A stretch of DNA of 64,000 nt from Geosiphon pyriformis uo1. Its lineage: Eukaryota; Fungi; Glomeromycota. The DNA lies in assembly GCA_016748015.1 (NCBI GenBank), contig JAAOMT010000328.1, positions 62,001 to 126,000 of the forward strand, in the 5' to 3' direction. Below the pieces are notes generated by a model. The model was not told the DNA's origin, made no database searches, and was given only the letters and a program-made list of their open reading frames with translations. The position numbers and the translations under genes are program-made. Each line of letters opens with the position of its first letter. Position 1 is the first letter of the stretch. Shown one piece after another: positions 24,902-37,503 of this stretch.

Positions 24902-26844
24902 ATGGAACCAGTAGGTTTGTCTATTGAAGGTTTTGGCTTGGTTTTGGCTGGTTTGGAGACCCACCTAAATGCTAAAAAGAATTGCTTGACTACAGTCTAT
25001 TCCTGTGGTACATCCTATAAGAAAATGAAGAAGAATGTGACCAGTGTTGTGGTTGATTGGTCTGTAGGCTCTCTAAGTTTGGAAGATATTGGTGGTGCTG
25101 GCATCAAGCCTGTAGTGTCCTGAGACAGCAAAATTGGCAGCATTGCCAGCAGTATAAGTAATTTGTCAAATGTTGAGAATGGTAAACACGGTGGCCAAAG
25201 AGACCAGCTATGCAAAATCTAGTGAGGATAATAATATGAACAAAGCTAAACTGAAGAAAACCCACACTCGAACATATGTGCTAGGAAACCCACCAAAGCA
25301 ACCTTTTTTTAACTATATGAGCAATGATGATAATGAGCTAGTACTTCCTCCTTGTGTGATTTTGAGTCCCAATAAGCTGCCACCAATTAAATCACGTGCC
25401 ACAGAAAAACAGAATTTCAATTCATCAAAGTTTTTTGCACTTGATATTGAACTTTCAGCTGGTGCCTGGAAAGACTGTTGATGATAAGTTGATCTGTGTG
25501 AAAAAAAAATTTTATCAAATAGATGGTTTTGGGGGAGCTTCTACTCCCTCAAAATTCCCAGAAATCATCAAATCTTCATTTACTTCTAAAGCTAGCATAA
25601 ATAAGGCAAAGGAATTGGCAATCTGTGAGAAAATTGTGGTAAATAATAATTTCAAAAAGATTAACAGTTGTTCAGATAAGAAAATTATTGTTAAGAAGAT
25701 TCCAGTCAATCTTTCCAGATTGGCTGTGGAATTTGTTTTTTCTAAGTTTGGAAAGATTGTATCAATCAAGATACAGCTGATTGGCCTGTGATAGAAAGCA
25801 TTAGTTGAGTTTGAGTTATCTAAAATAACTAATTTGGTTGCAGTTAGATGGTCAGTTTTCATGGGAAAAGATTCTGTTTGTGTGGCAAAAACTGTTGATA
25901 ATAAACATTTATGAGTTTCTAGTGATCAACATTGGGCTTTGCTTTATATTTTGCCAGTTGGTACAACAGCTCATGATCTTTTGGATTTGTTGAAATCATA
26001 TGGTGGGAAAACGTGTTTCATTAGTCATAATTCTAGTATATATGTGCATAATAAATGTGCAATTGTGTATTTTGTTGATAAGGCATCCAAATTGACTGCT
26101 ATTGGTTCTATTCTGGTGTTTAAGAGTGTGAATTTGCACTGGGCTGGCTTTTTTTTGGCTTGTTGTATTCATTGCAAACAGTTTGGTCATATCTCTACAG
26201 AATGTTTATTGGGTGGGAATTCTGGTTTTCATGGTAGACGAGTGGTAACTCTTTAAGATCGGGTTTGCTTGGTAAACATATATAAGAAAAAGCAAGCACC
26301 TATTGTTTGCCCAGTTTCATTTAGTGGGAAAACTTGGGCCCAGATGGCTAGTGGTTCTTCTTCTCATGTGGTTTTGTTGGATCTTTCTGGTACTGATTTG
26401 TTTTCAAGTGCTAAACCTGTTTCATTAGTTTCTAATTTTCTTGGTAATTCTTGTTTGGTTGATTGTTTGGCTTCTCTGAAATGCTCTTTAAAGCTTTTAG
26501 TGGATCAGATTTTAGATATTTTGAAAAAATTGAGTTTTGTGGAATTGGTGCCTCAGATGTCCAGTCCCCATGTATCTCTTCTGGTTGTTATTGCATCTGT
26601 TGCAGCTAATGTGAACTTGGATATGATTCTAGATGATGCAATAGTGTCTCCTCCTCTCTCTTTTTCAGTTGTTGTAGATTCAGTTGCTGACCTTAGTTTA
26701 AGTAGTTCTAAGGTTTTGACCACCAAGGTGGATGGATTGGAATCCAAGATGGTGGCTTTGGAGATGTCAGTTTTGTCTGTTTTGGATAGATTAGATTGTT
26801 TGTGCTCTGGTTTGAGATTGTCAACCTTTCTTACCCCTCAATAA
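24902..26844 (+). pseudogene. LINE L-a ORF1 (RRM-like, CCHC knuckle, C-terminal coiled-coil-like)
   Basis: IPVNLSRLAVEFVFSKFGKIVSI; CIHCKQFGHISTEC. Confidence 0.85.
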
Positions 26845-29800
26845 GTGACTTAGTGTGGAAATTTGCAATGTGTAATGTTCGTGATATCAATGTCTCTACC
26901 AAGCAAAAAGACATTATCTATTGGCATAGAGATTCTGGAAATTTGGTTTCAATAATTACTAAGACAGAACTGAGGTTTAGTAGTAGGTCTTGAATTAGGG
27001 ATAAGTTCAATGAAATCAGAGTTTTTTCATCTGGATTGGACAAGAAGTTTCTTGGTACTGAAGTCGCAGTTATTATGAACACTTTTCTAGTTCATCATGT
27101 TTGTAAGGTTTCTGAGATGCCTGGTCAGCTTCTTTTAATCAGGTTGTTGTTCAGAAATAAATATTCTGTGTCGATTTTGGGGCTATATGCTGGTGCTTCA
27201 TTGGTGGTTTGGTTCTTTCAGACTAATGAAATCAACTCTTTCATTGCAAAGACAGTGAATAAATCCTCTTTTATTGTATTGGGTGGTGATTTCAATGAAA
27301 ACAGTGCCTAAAAGTGTGCTAGCTTTAAGAAGTGCTTTGATTTGGGTTTAGTTGATTTTCTATGAAGAAGTTTGTTTGTCAAGATGCCTACATGGACCAA
27401 TTTTCATGGTGTTGCTAAAGTTCTCGATTATATTCTTGTTTCTTCAAGTTTGGTCAATGCTGTAATAGATGATAGTGTGGCTAAAGTTGAATATTTTGAT
27501 ACTGATTACAAAGCTGTTTCTGCTTCCATGGGTTTGGGTGGTTTGCTTAATATCCAATTGAGTTCAATGTGCAAGCAGGCAAATAAAAATCATTGGAAGT
27601 TTGATGTCAAAAGTGTGGATGAAGCAAAATGGAGTGAGTTTAAGATTACTACTGCAGCCAATGTTGCCATGTTTTTGGACAAGTTTGGGTTGGCCAGGAG
27701 GTTTTCTGATCTGAATGCTATATGGGACATTGTTCACAAAATAATGATTTTTTTGGCTAATGGAATGTTCAAGAAAAAATGGTTTAAGGGTTATGATGGG
27801 GTGTTTACCAAAGAGTTTTCCAAGTTGCATAACTTGGAGATTTTGGTTTCAAAGATTGTCAAGGCTTCTCGTGAAGTGGACTCTGGCCAGTTTGAGTCTC
27901 TTTTAAAATGCTGGGTTTCTCTGGATAGTGACAAAGCTTCTGTTGTTCAGAATCTTGTGAGCTCTGGTGCAAGTTTGAATTATGTCCATTTTGCTCTCTG
28001 TGGTATAAGGAGATCTTATTATGCCTCTAAGCTTGCCGAGTCTCTGCGAGCCGAGAAGTTGGGCATTAGATCAGCTATTGAAAGAAAAATAAAGAATTTT
28101 GTGGTTAACAATGACCACACTATCTGCAGTGTTTTGGAATGTCCATTCCACAAAGTAGTATTGGATTATTTGGTTTTTGATAGTGGTTTGATTTTAGACC
28201 CTATAAAAGTTAAGAATAAAGTAGATGGTATAATGGAGAGCTGGACAAGAAAAAGAGCCGTGCTAAAAAGTATTCCCAATTTGTGGTAGCATTAATACCT
28301 GCCATTGGATTATGTCGATGATAGTGCTTTTTTTGGTGTGATGAATGCTATTGGTTTGGATGATTTGACGTATGTGATTAAAGATTTACTGAATAGTAAA
28401 GCTGCTGGCTTGTCTGGCATTTCAAATAAACTTTGGAAACATTGTGATGATTCTGTGCTAGGCTTGCTTTTAGATCTTTTGAACACTTGTTGGTGTGTGA
28501 GTCAGTTCCCTATTGTTGGAAGAAAGCTTGGGTGTCAATAATTCCTAAGTCCTATGAGTGAAAGAGTGTCTTAACAAATACTAGACTGATTGCTTTAATT
28601 GAGACTGCTTGTAAAATTTTTTCTAAGTTGCTGTCTGATAAAATTTTATTGGTGTGTAGTTTATTCAATGTTCTGCATAGGGACAATTTCTCTGTGCTTA
28701 AGAATACTACTACTCAGTCTTCTATTTTTGCCATTGGTTCAGTTGTTAAAGATGTTTTGGAGAAAGATCGTGAACTTTGGCTTGTGCTTCAGGATATGCA
28801 TAAAGTCTATAACTCTGTGAACTGGTATCACTTGCATAACAGTTTGGTTCGGATCAAAATGTGTGAGCATTTTATTAGATTTTTTGGTTCTGTTCACAAT
28901 AACTATATTAATCAGATTATAACTGATTTCAGTCTAACTAATGGGTACTGAATACATGATGGTCTTGACCAAAATGAGGTTTTCTCTCCTTTGCTGTGAA
29001 GAATTTTTTATGACCCCCTTTTGTGTAAGGTCAAGAGATAGGAGAGTTTGTGTAAATACCAAATTGATACTAAATTTGTAGCTAGAACAGGTAGGGTGGA
29101 AAACCAAAGCAGTTTGACTTTGTTTCTGGTTACTGGTGCATTTATAGATAATACTATTTGGGTGAGTAGCAGTTAGGCTGCCACTCAGTATATTTTGGAC
29201 ACAGCGAGTGAGTTTTTCAGAGTGAATGACATTTCTATTAATAACGAGAAAACTGTGGCCATTCCTATCAATCAGAGAGTTAGTGATACATTATTGTTGA
29301 TTAATGATCTGCCAATTTTAGTTGCTTGCAAGAAGAAATTTCATCAGTACTTTGGTATTTATTTATCATTTGAGAGTTTGTCCAAATCCAGTTTAGCTAA
29401 GGCACATACAAATATTAGGTTTTTTGTCAATTTGGTTCTAAAAAAAACTATTTCAAACAAGCAGTTTCTTTATCTAGTATTGGTTGTATTGCAACCCATT
29501 ATCAATTATAGGACTCAGTTTAGCTTTGTTTCTAAGAATGTGTGTATGAGATGGGATACATTGATTAGGAGAGGGTTAAAACTTAAGGCTGGACTTCCGA
29601 GAGACTTTTCCAATGAGGCTCTTCACCATCTATCTTTGTATGACTTGAAATCTTTTGAGCAGTTGCAAACTGAGTGCAAGATAGCTTCTGTGCTGTGTTT
29701 TTCAAATGCTGGTGGTATTCTTGGTCATTTGTTCAATCATAGGTCTCTGGATCTTTAGGTTCTGGGTTGGTTACCTATTCACTCTTTATGTCATCTGATT

Positions 29801-31518
29801 AAGTTGTGTATCAATCCAGTCAATAATTTTTTGGCAGGTGTTATCAGGATTTTTTTGGACTATAATATGTCTCTTAACAATCTTTCTGTTTCTGCATTCC
29901 ACTTTTCTGGTAGGACACCAATATTTACAGTCCTGGAAGCTTCTTTGTTTTATGATATTTCTTCTTTTCTTAAAAGATTTGGGGTTGCTTTTGCCGAGCA
30001 GTTGTATATCAAAAAAGGTTTGGTTTTCAATTGGAAAAACTTTTGACATTGGAAGAAACTTGATCCAAAGAGCTCTGTCTTTCATTGGTTCACTTTGGTT
30101 TATGACTTTCTAGTTTGATCTTCTATTTCTGATGATTTGCGCATTGAGGGTTTGTGGACTATGGATGTTTGCAGCTTAAGTGTGGTCTCTAGATTGGGCC
30201 AGTGCCTCTCTTCTGCAAATATGAGAGTTATTAGTGTCTACACTGATGGATTGTTAAGGGATTTAGGTTTATGTGAAATAAAGTGTGGTGCTGCTGCTTA
30301 CTTTTCTAATCTGGGTCTGGATATTAGTGCTAAGATTGGTGGAATAGTGTCTTCGATTATGGCAGAACTGCAGACAATTGTTTTGGCTTTGGAGTGTGTT
30401 TCTCCTAACAGTTTAGTAGTGGTTTATTCAGACAGTCAGGCTGTCCTAGATGTGTGTGTGGCTGAATCTGCTCTGGTGTCTTTGGACTTCCACAACCACT
30501 ACTGGATGAAGTGGCATGGCATTGTTAATTTAATTAAGAGAAAGCAGCTTGATGTTTTTTGGCACAAGGTTAAAGGGCATTCAGGTGTTGTGGGTAATAA
30601 GCGTGCTAATAAGTTAACCAATCTGGCTGTGGGTTCTACTTTGGTGCTTCTTGTATTGGTTAAGGAGAAATTTGTCAAGACTGGTAGGATAGCAGTGTTT
30701 AGGAACATTTGTTATTTTGCTCATGAGATTTTTAGGTCCATTAATTGTGCTCATTGGGAGGTTGGTTTGGTTCTAATGTTGTTGATAACGATTTACTTGG
30801 TGATGTGAATTGGTTCTGTACTGCCTCAGTATAGCACTCTGATTCCCATATGGCAACTGGCTTTACCAGTAAATCTACAATTAGTTTGGGCTTTTATTTT
30901 TTGAAGGCCCTCCACTGCCATCTACTGGTTGCTGTGCAAAAGCATTTGTATAGTAAGATTTATCTGAGTGTTTTATGTCTGCACTATAGTGAAGTAGAAA
31001 GTTCCAACCACTTTTTTGTTTGTATATTTGACTCTGGAACTCATAAGAACATTTTTAAGTCTCACTTGGCCAAATAGCATTGTGTGTCTGCATTGGGCTT
31101 ACTATTATCTCATATCTCACAGGTGCTCTCTTTGTGTGCCTCCAATGATGTGTTGTATACCACAGTGGGTAAAGACTTTGTGTTCAGAGATTGGGTTTAG
31201 GAAGCTATGTATATTCTAGATGATGCTAAGGTTGCAAAAAAGTATATTGTTGGTTTTGTTCGAGAATTAAGTGCTGCTTACTGCATAGATATTTGGTTGG
31301 TTAAAGCTAAATATAGGGCTTTGATGAAAAAAGGCAGTTTAATTCCACTTGATGGTTCTGTGTATTTTGTGACTCATGGTTTGTCATGTATGTTTTTAGC
31401 TGGGGTGATTGAATTGCTTGAGATTGCTGAGACATTAAGTGTTTGCTTTAATTTTTATAAACATTGCTGTTTTTTTTCTGGTATAGATAGTATGGTTTCT
31501 GTTCTGATAAATTCGTAG
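26841..31518 (+). pseudogene. LINE L-a ORF2 (APE endonuclease, RT, RNase H, C-terminal zinc finger)
   Basis: CNVRDIN, GGDFNE, LDYILVS, TDYKAV; QDMHKVYNSV; VYTDG, AELQTI, SDSQA, KVKGHSGVVGN; CLHYSEVESSNHFFVC. Confidence 0.92.
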
Positions 31519-32549
31519 TATTGCTCTGACTGGTCCGAATGGCTGGTCACATGTAGAAAGTGCATGATTAGTGCCTAGTTTAGATCACTTAGTTTAATGT
31601 ATTATACTAGGTGGCTTTTGGGCTTCACTCATTAAGTCTTAATAAAAAAAAAAAATATGTTAAATATATTTTTTTTAAAACAACAATAATTTTAAAAAAT
31701 TAATTTGGTTTAATATTAAATTTATATAAAAAATATAAAACCAAAATAATAATAAACTTATTAATTTATTAGAAAAAAATACAATAAATACTTAAAAATA
31801 AGCTTATTTAATTATTAATAGACTTATAAACTTTACTAATAATTTTTATTAAAAAAAAATAAAAAAATTTAATTTGTATAAATTATTAACAATTTAATTA
31901 AAAATACTTATTTTTTATTTAAAATAAATAATATATTAAATATTTTTGACAAATCTAAATAGTTTTTAATTTTTAATTTAAAAAGTAAATATTAATAAAT
32001 TGTTATAAATTTTAAAAATTACTTAAAAACAATATTTATTATTCAAAAAAAACTGTGAATTTAATATAATATTTTTTAGATTATATGATACTTTAACAAT
32101 ATTTTAAAAACTTATAAACATTATTTATAATAAAATTTTATAATAATCAATAATTATATTTTTTAATAATACTAATATTTATTTTTTAATATTTAAAACT
32201 TATTTAATATATTTATAAAAAGTTTTTTAATAATTATTAAAAGCAAATTTAAAATTAAATATTGAAAATATTATTTTAAAAAAACAAATTTGGTTTTTTT
32301 TGACTATATTATTAACAAAAATAGAATTAAATTTAATTTAAAAAAAATTAATACAATATAATAATTTAAAATTTTTTAAAATATTATTAAATTAAAAATT
32401 TTTAAAAATCATTAAATTTTTTAATTATTTACTTAACAAAAATATAAAATATTAATAAATTTTTGAACAATAAATAATTTTAAATAATTTTAAATTAAAA
32501 TTAATAATAGCTTTAATTTTTGTTTATCTAAACTTTAATAAAAAATTTT

Positions 32550-35500
32550 AAGTAGAAAATCTTTCTAAGAACAAAGTCACTGAATTGTCTAATATTCTTA
32601 ATAAATTGTGAAAACATTATAATAAAAGTGTTTTAGAGCTTTTTTTGTATTTGGTCAATTTATGCTTAATGGCTAAATTAATTCTTAATGCTTAAAAAAA
32701 AGCCTAGATATCTATAATTCTAAAGCCTTATAAATAGAAAAACATTTTAATAAACACAAGATCTATTGCTTTGATTAAAATAACAAGAAAGATTTTTTTA
32801 AAGATTTTGTTTAAACACATCTCTGTAACTTGCAGCAAATACAATGTTTTACATAAAAACAACTTCTTAGTTTTAAAGAGTACTTTAACTCAGTCTTTTA
32901 TCTTTGTTATTAAGTTAATAATTAAGAATGTTTTAGAAAAGAATAGAGAAATCTGGTTGGTGTTTTAATATATGTATAAAACATATAACTCAGTAAACTG
33001 GTTATATTTAAAAAGTAACTTAATGCAAGTTAAAATGTGTAGTAAGTTTATCAAGTTCTTTGGTCATATTCACAATAATCATATAAACAGAGTTATTACA
33101 AACTTTGATTTGTTTAAAAGTTACAAGATTTATAATAAGCTGAATCAGAATAGAGTTTTTTTGTCTTTTTTTTAAAAGATCTTTTATAACTCTCTTTTGT
33201 GCAAGATAAAAAGACAAAAATTTTTGGTTAAATATTATATTGACTTTAAATTTGTTGTTAAAACTAGCAGAGTTGAGTTAAACACTAATATAATCTTTTA
33301 TTTGGCAGCTAAAGCTTTCATAGATAATACAATTTGAGTTAATAACTATTATGCAATAACACAAAATATTTTAAACATTGCTAGTAAATTTTTTAATATT
33401 ATAAACATTTCAAAAACACAGTCAAAACTGTGACCATTCCAATCAATTCAAGGGCCAATAACATTTCTCTAAGCATAAGTGAATCACCTATTTTGATTGT
33501 AAAAACAAGTAAAATTTATTAATACTTGGGTATTTTTTGTTAACTAAGAGTCTTTTTGGTCTGAGTTTAAAAAAGACAAATTTAGATGTAAAGTTTTTTT
33601 TATCTATAGTCTTATATAAAGCCATTTTGAATAAGCAATTTTTTTATTTGGTCTTAGTTGTCTTGCAGTTTATTGTTGAATACAGAATCCAGTTTAGTTT
33701 TATTAGCAAAAATGTATCTAAAAAATAAGATTATTTAATTAGGAAAAAGTTGAAGTCTAAGATCAATTTGCCTAGAAATTTTTTTAATAAAGCTATACAC
33801 TATCTGTTTTTATACAATTTAAAACTTTTTGAACAAATATAAACAGAAAGAAAAGTAGTATCAATAATGAATTTCACTAATGGCAGAGACATTTTGGTTA
33901 GTTATTTAGACATAAGTTGCTTAATTTGCAGATTTTAAGTTAGATTCTTTAGAATTCTCTTCAGTTTTTTATTAAGTTGAAAGTTAATTTAATAAATAAC
34001 TTTTTAGCTGGTATTATCAAAATATTTTTAAACAATAGCATATCTCTGGTCAATAACTTGTTCAGTGCTTTCTATTTTAAGCATGGCACTTTTGTTATGA
34101 AAAATTTGGATTAAGTAAAATACTTTTAATTTGTAAGTCTTTGAAATACTTTGGAATTATTTTTATAAAACAGTTTCTAAATAGTCATAAAAAGTGCTTT
34201 GCCTAAAGAAATTTTTATTGGTGGAAACATTTGAACTCTAGGAGTTTAGTTTTTTCTTGGTTTGTATGGGTTTTGAAGTTTGTTAAGAGTGATAGTTTGG
34301 TTTAATGCCCTTTTATGACTTCTAGGAGCTTTTTTGGTACAAATATAAATGATACATATGGTTTTGATATTGTTTGTTTTAGGCTAAGAGATATATTTTT
34401 GCCTATAATCTCAATTTATACTAATGGTTTTATAAAGAACTTTGGATCTTTTAATACTATAGGTGGTACAGCTATATACTTTTCTGATCTGGACTTGTTT
34501 ATAAAAATAAAAATTCATGGACTGCTATTCTCAATTCTGACCAAAATGCAGGCTATTGTTCTGGCTTTTAAATATGTTCCAGCTTTTTTTAAGGTAATAA
34601 TCTTTTTTGATAGTTAAACTTTTTTAGATATATATTAGACTGAATTAAAATTAGTTGTTTTGAACTTTCATAACAGATGCTAGATTAAATGCTATAGAAT
34701 TAGCAATATAATCAGAAATAAGGACATTTTGGTAGCATAGACTAAAGTAAAGAGTTATTTTGAAATGTTGAACAATAAATGTGCTAACAGATTGGCAGAT
34801 TAGATTACATTTTTAGAACTCAATTTTTCAGTCAACATTAAAGAAAAAATTCTGATGGCTGATAACAAAACAGTATCTGGCAATGTTTGTCACTTTGTAA
34901 AAGGAATAAATAATATTGTGAGACAATTTTAATGAGAAACCAGATTTGGTTTTGGTATTGTAGAATTTTTTTGTATTGGTAACTTTAATTAGAAACTCAT
35001 AGTCTTAGTCTGACATTCTAATTTTTATATAACTGTTGAATATACTAGCAAGCCCACTTCTGGTTTGCATATGTATTTGATATAAGCTTTGTATAAGAAG
35101 TTGTTAGTAATAGTTAGAAAGCATTTATATAACTACAAGTACTTAAGTATTTTATGTATGTAATATAATAAGATAGAGTTTTTAGATTACAGTTTTACTT
35201 ATAATACAGATCTTTTTACTTATCAAGACTTTTTAAATAAACATTGTTTACTATGAAAATCTACAACTAGTACAAATATTACTTTATCTGCAGTTTTTTT
35301 TTTACTAGCTAAATGTGCTTTAAATGTTAACAAGTATACAGTTTTATGTAAAAAGTTTATTCTAGAAGACTGGCTATTAAAGGCTAAGATCTATTTTAAA
35401 GATATTATACTTGCTGTATTTAGGATGATTAATTTTGTTCAAGATCTGATTGTTAGTTACAAAGACTAAATATGAATTTCTAACTCAAAAATTTGTGTTA

Positions 35501-35812
35501 ACATGGATTATAAAAGATTGCTAATTGAAGATAACTTTATATTTATTGCTGTTTATAACTTATTTACTGAAATTTCAAGTAGTATTGCTTGTTTGTTAGA
35601 TTTTGAGCAGTTAGTTTTGGTTTAAAGATTAGTTATTTGTTCTTTATAAATATAGTTTAAAATATTTTAATTAACATAGTTATATAGTGTTGTTTTAATT
35701 GGCTAAGTAACTAGTTATATATAGTAAACACATAAATCATATTTAATTTATAACTTTAAATAATTGTATTGTATTAAATAGTAATTGGATCTTATTTGTA
35801 ATAGTTAATACT
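32550..35812 (+). mobile_element. 5'-truncated, heavily decayed LINE (RT to 3' end)
   Basis: ORF2 relics (NVLHKNNFLVLKSTLTQS; IYTNGFIK); degenerate 3' UTR from 35685; probable TSD TAAAAAATTTT. Confidence 0.85.
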
Positions 35813-37503
35813 AAAAAATTTTTTTTAATTAATTATAAATACTTTTTATATAGTATTTAATATTATTTTATCTTAATTAAATAATAATAATAATAATAAA
35901 ATAATTGTTTATATTAGCAAAACTTTTAAATTTATTAAAACTAAGTATTTTTCTATTGAATTAAGAATAATAACTAATAATTTAAATTTTTAAATATTTT
36001 TAATATTATTTAAAATCCAAAAAATTTTAATAATATTATAAATAAAACTATAATTATTTTTATTAACTAGTAAATTACTAATATGTTTTTATTTATTAGC
36101 AAATTACTAATTATAATTACTAAAAAAAATTTACAGATATTTGGGCATTTTTTTGTTAATAAATAGTTTTTTTAAGTTTAATTTGGCCAAAATATATTCT
36201 AATATCAAATTTTTTGCCAATATAGTTTTAAAAAATACTATTTTAAATAAACAATTTTCATATTTGGTTTTTGTTATATTATAATTAATTGTTAATTACA
36301 AATCTTAATTTAATTTTGTTTTTAAAAATATATGTTAAAAATAAAATATAATAATTTATAAAAGCTTAAAAACTAAAGTTAATTTTTAAAAAATTTTTTG
36401 AATAAAACTTTGTATTATTATTTTTTGTACAAATTAATTTTTTTTAAACAAGTTTAAGTTAAGAATAAAATTATATTATTGTTGATTTTTTTAAATATTT
36501 TTGGCATTATTAATTGATTTTTTAATTACTGATTTTTAAATTTATAAGTTGTAAATTGGGTTTTCAAAAATCTGTTGTAGTTTTTTATTAGATTAAAAAA
36601 CAATTTAGTCAATAATTTTTTGGTTAATATAATCAGAATTCTGCTAAATTATAATATTATTTTTATGAATTTTTTATTTATAGAATTTTATTTTACAGAT
36701 AGTTTTTTTATATTATAAAATAGTTAATTTTTTAAAAAGATTTAATATAACTTTTAGTAAATACTTAATTAATAAATATAACTGAATTTTTGATTGAAAA
36801 ATTTTTTATTATTAAAAAAATTGAGGTTTTATAAAGTAATTAATAGTATCATAATATTTTTTAAGAATTTGAGTATAAATATTAATATTTATGTTTTAAG
36901 TTTAGTTTTATTAATACTGACTAAATTACAAGTTTTTTTATTAGTTTTTAAATATATATTAATATTCAATATAATTAATATTTATTTTAAAAAGTAGTTT
37001 TTAATATTTATACTTTTTAATTTAATTTAAAATTGTTAAATCTTTATAATTATTGTTAAATTAAAATAAAACAGATTATTAATTTTATTTATAAAAAAAT
37101 TCTTTTGTTTAAGATTAAAAATATTTTAGTATTATTAATATTAAAATTGTTAATAATTTAATTAATATAACTATTTATTTGTTTTTGTATTTTGCTGTTT
37201 TAATTTGTAAAAAGTATTTTTAAGCTAATAATATAATTATTAAGTAATATTTGTTGTTTTGTTTGTAAAATATATTAAATAATATGTTATACTTAATAAA
37301 AAACTAATTTAAATATTAATATAATAGTTAATAATATGATTAAAAATATAAACTAAAACTATATCTTAAATTTTATATGTAATTAATATTATTAGTAAAA
37401 ATTTAAATTATTGATTAACATAAAATTATTTTTATAATTTTTATTATTAATTAGTATATATTATTGTTTATTTATTATCTTATTAAATTACTTAAATTAT
37501 TAT

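Larger units (their letters stand above)
24763..31651 (+). mobile_element. Full-length degenerate LINE (L-a)
   Basis: ORF1, ORF2, 3' UTR and polyA; TSD AAAATATGTTAAA at 24750-24762 and 31652-31664. Confidence 0.93.
10921..36050 (+). pseudogene. Extremely decayed basal Gypsy pol, in pieces 10921-11090, 24644-24762, 31665-32549 and 35820-36050
   Basis: The pieces align colinearly with G1 positions ~2300-3860 once C>T and G>A are allowed. Example: IIIFFNNTNIY at ~32150 corresponds to VVVYLDDTDVY. Confidence 0.75.

Noticed and set aside
31521-31566. Hammerhead ribozyme (CTGA...GAAA) in the LINE 3' UTR
   Set aside because: The core is CTGACTG rather than CTGANGA, and GAAA lies in a separate hairpin loop.
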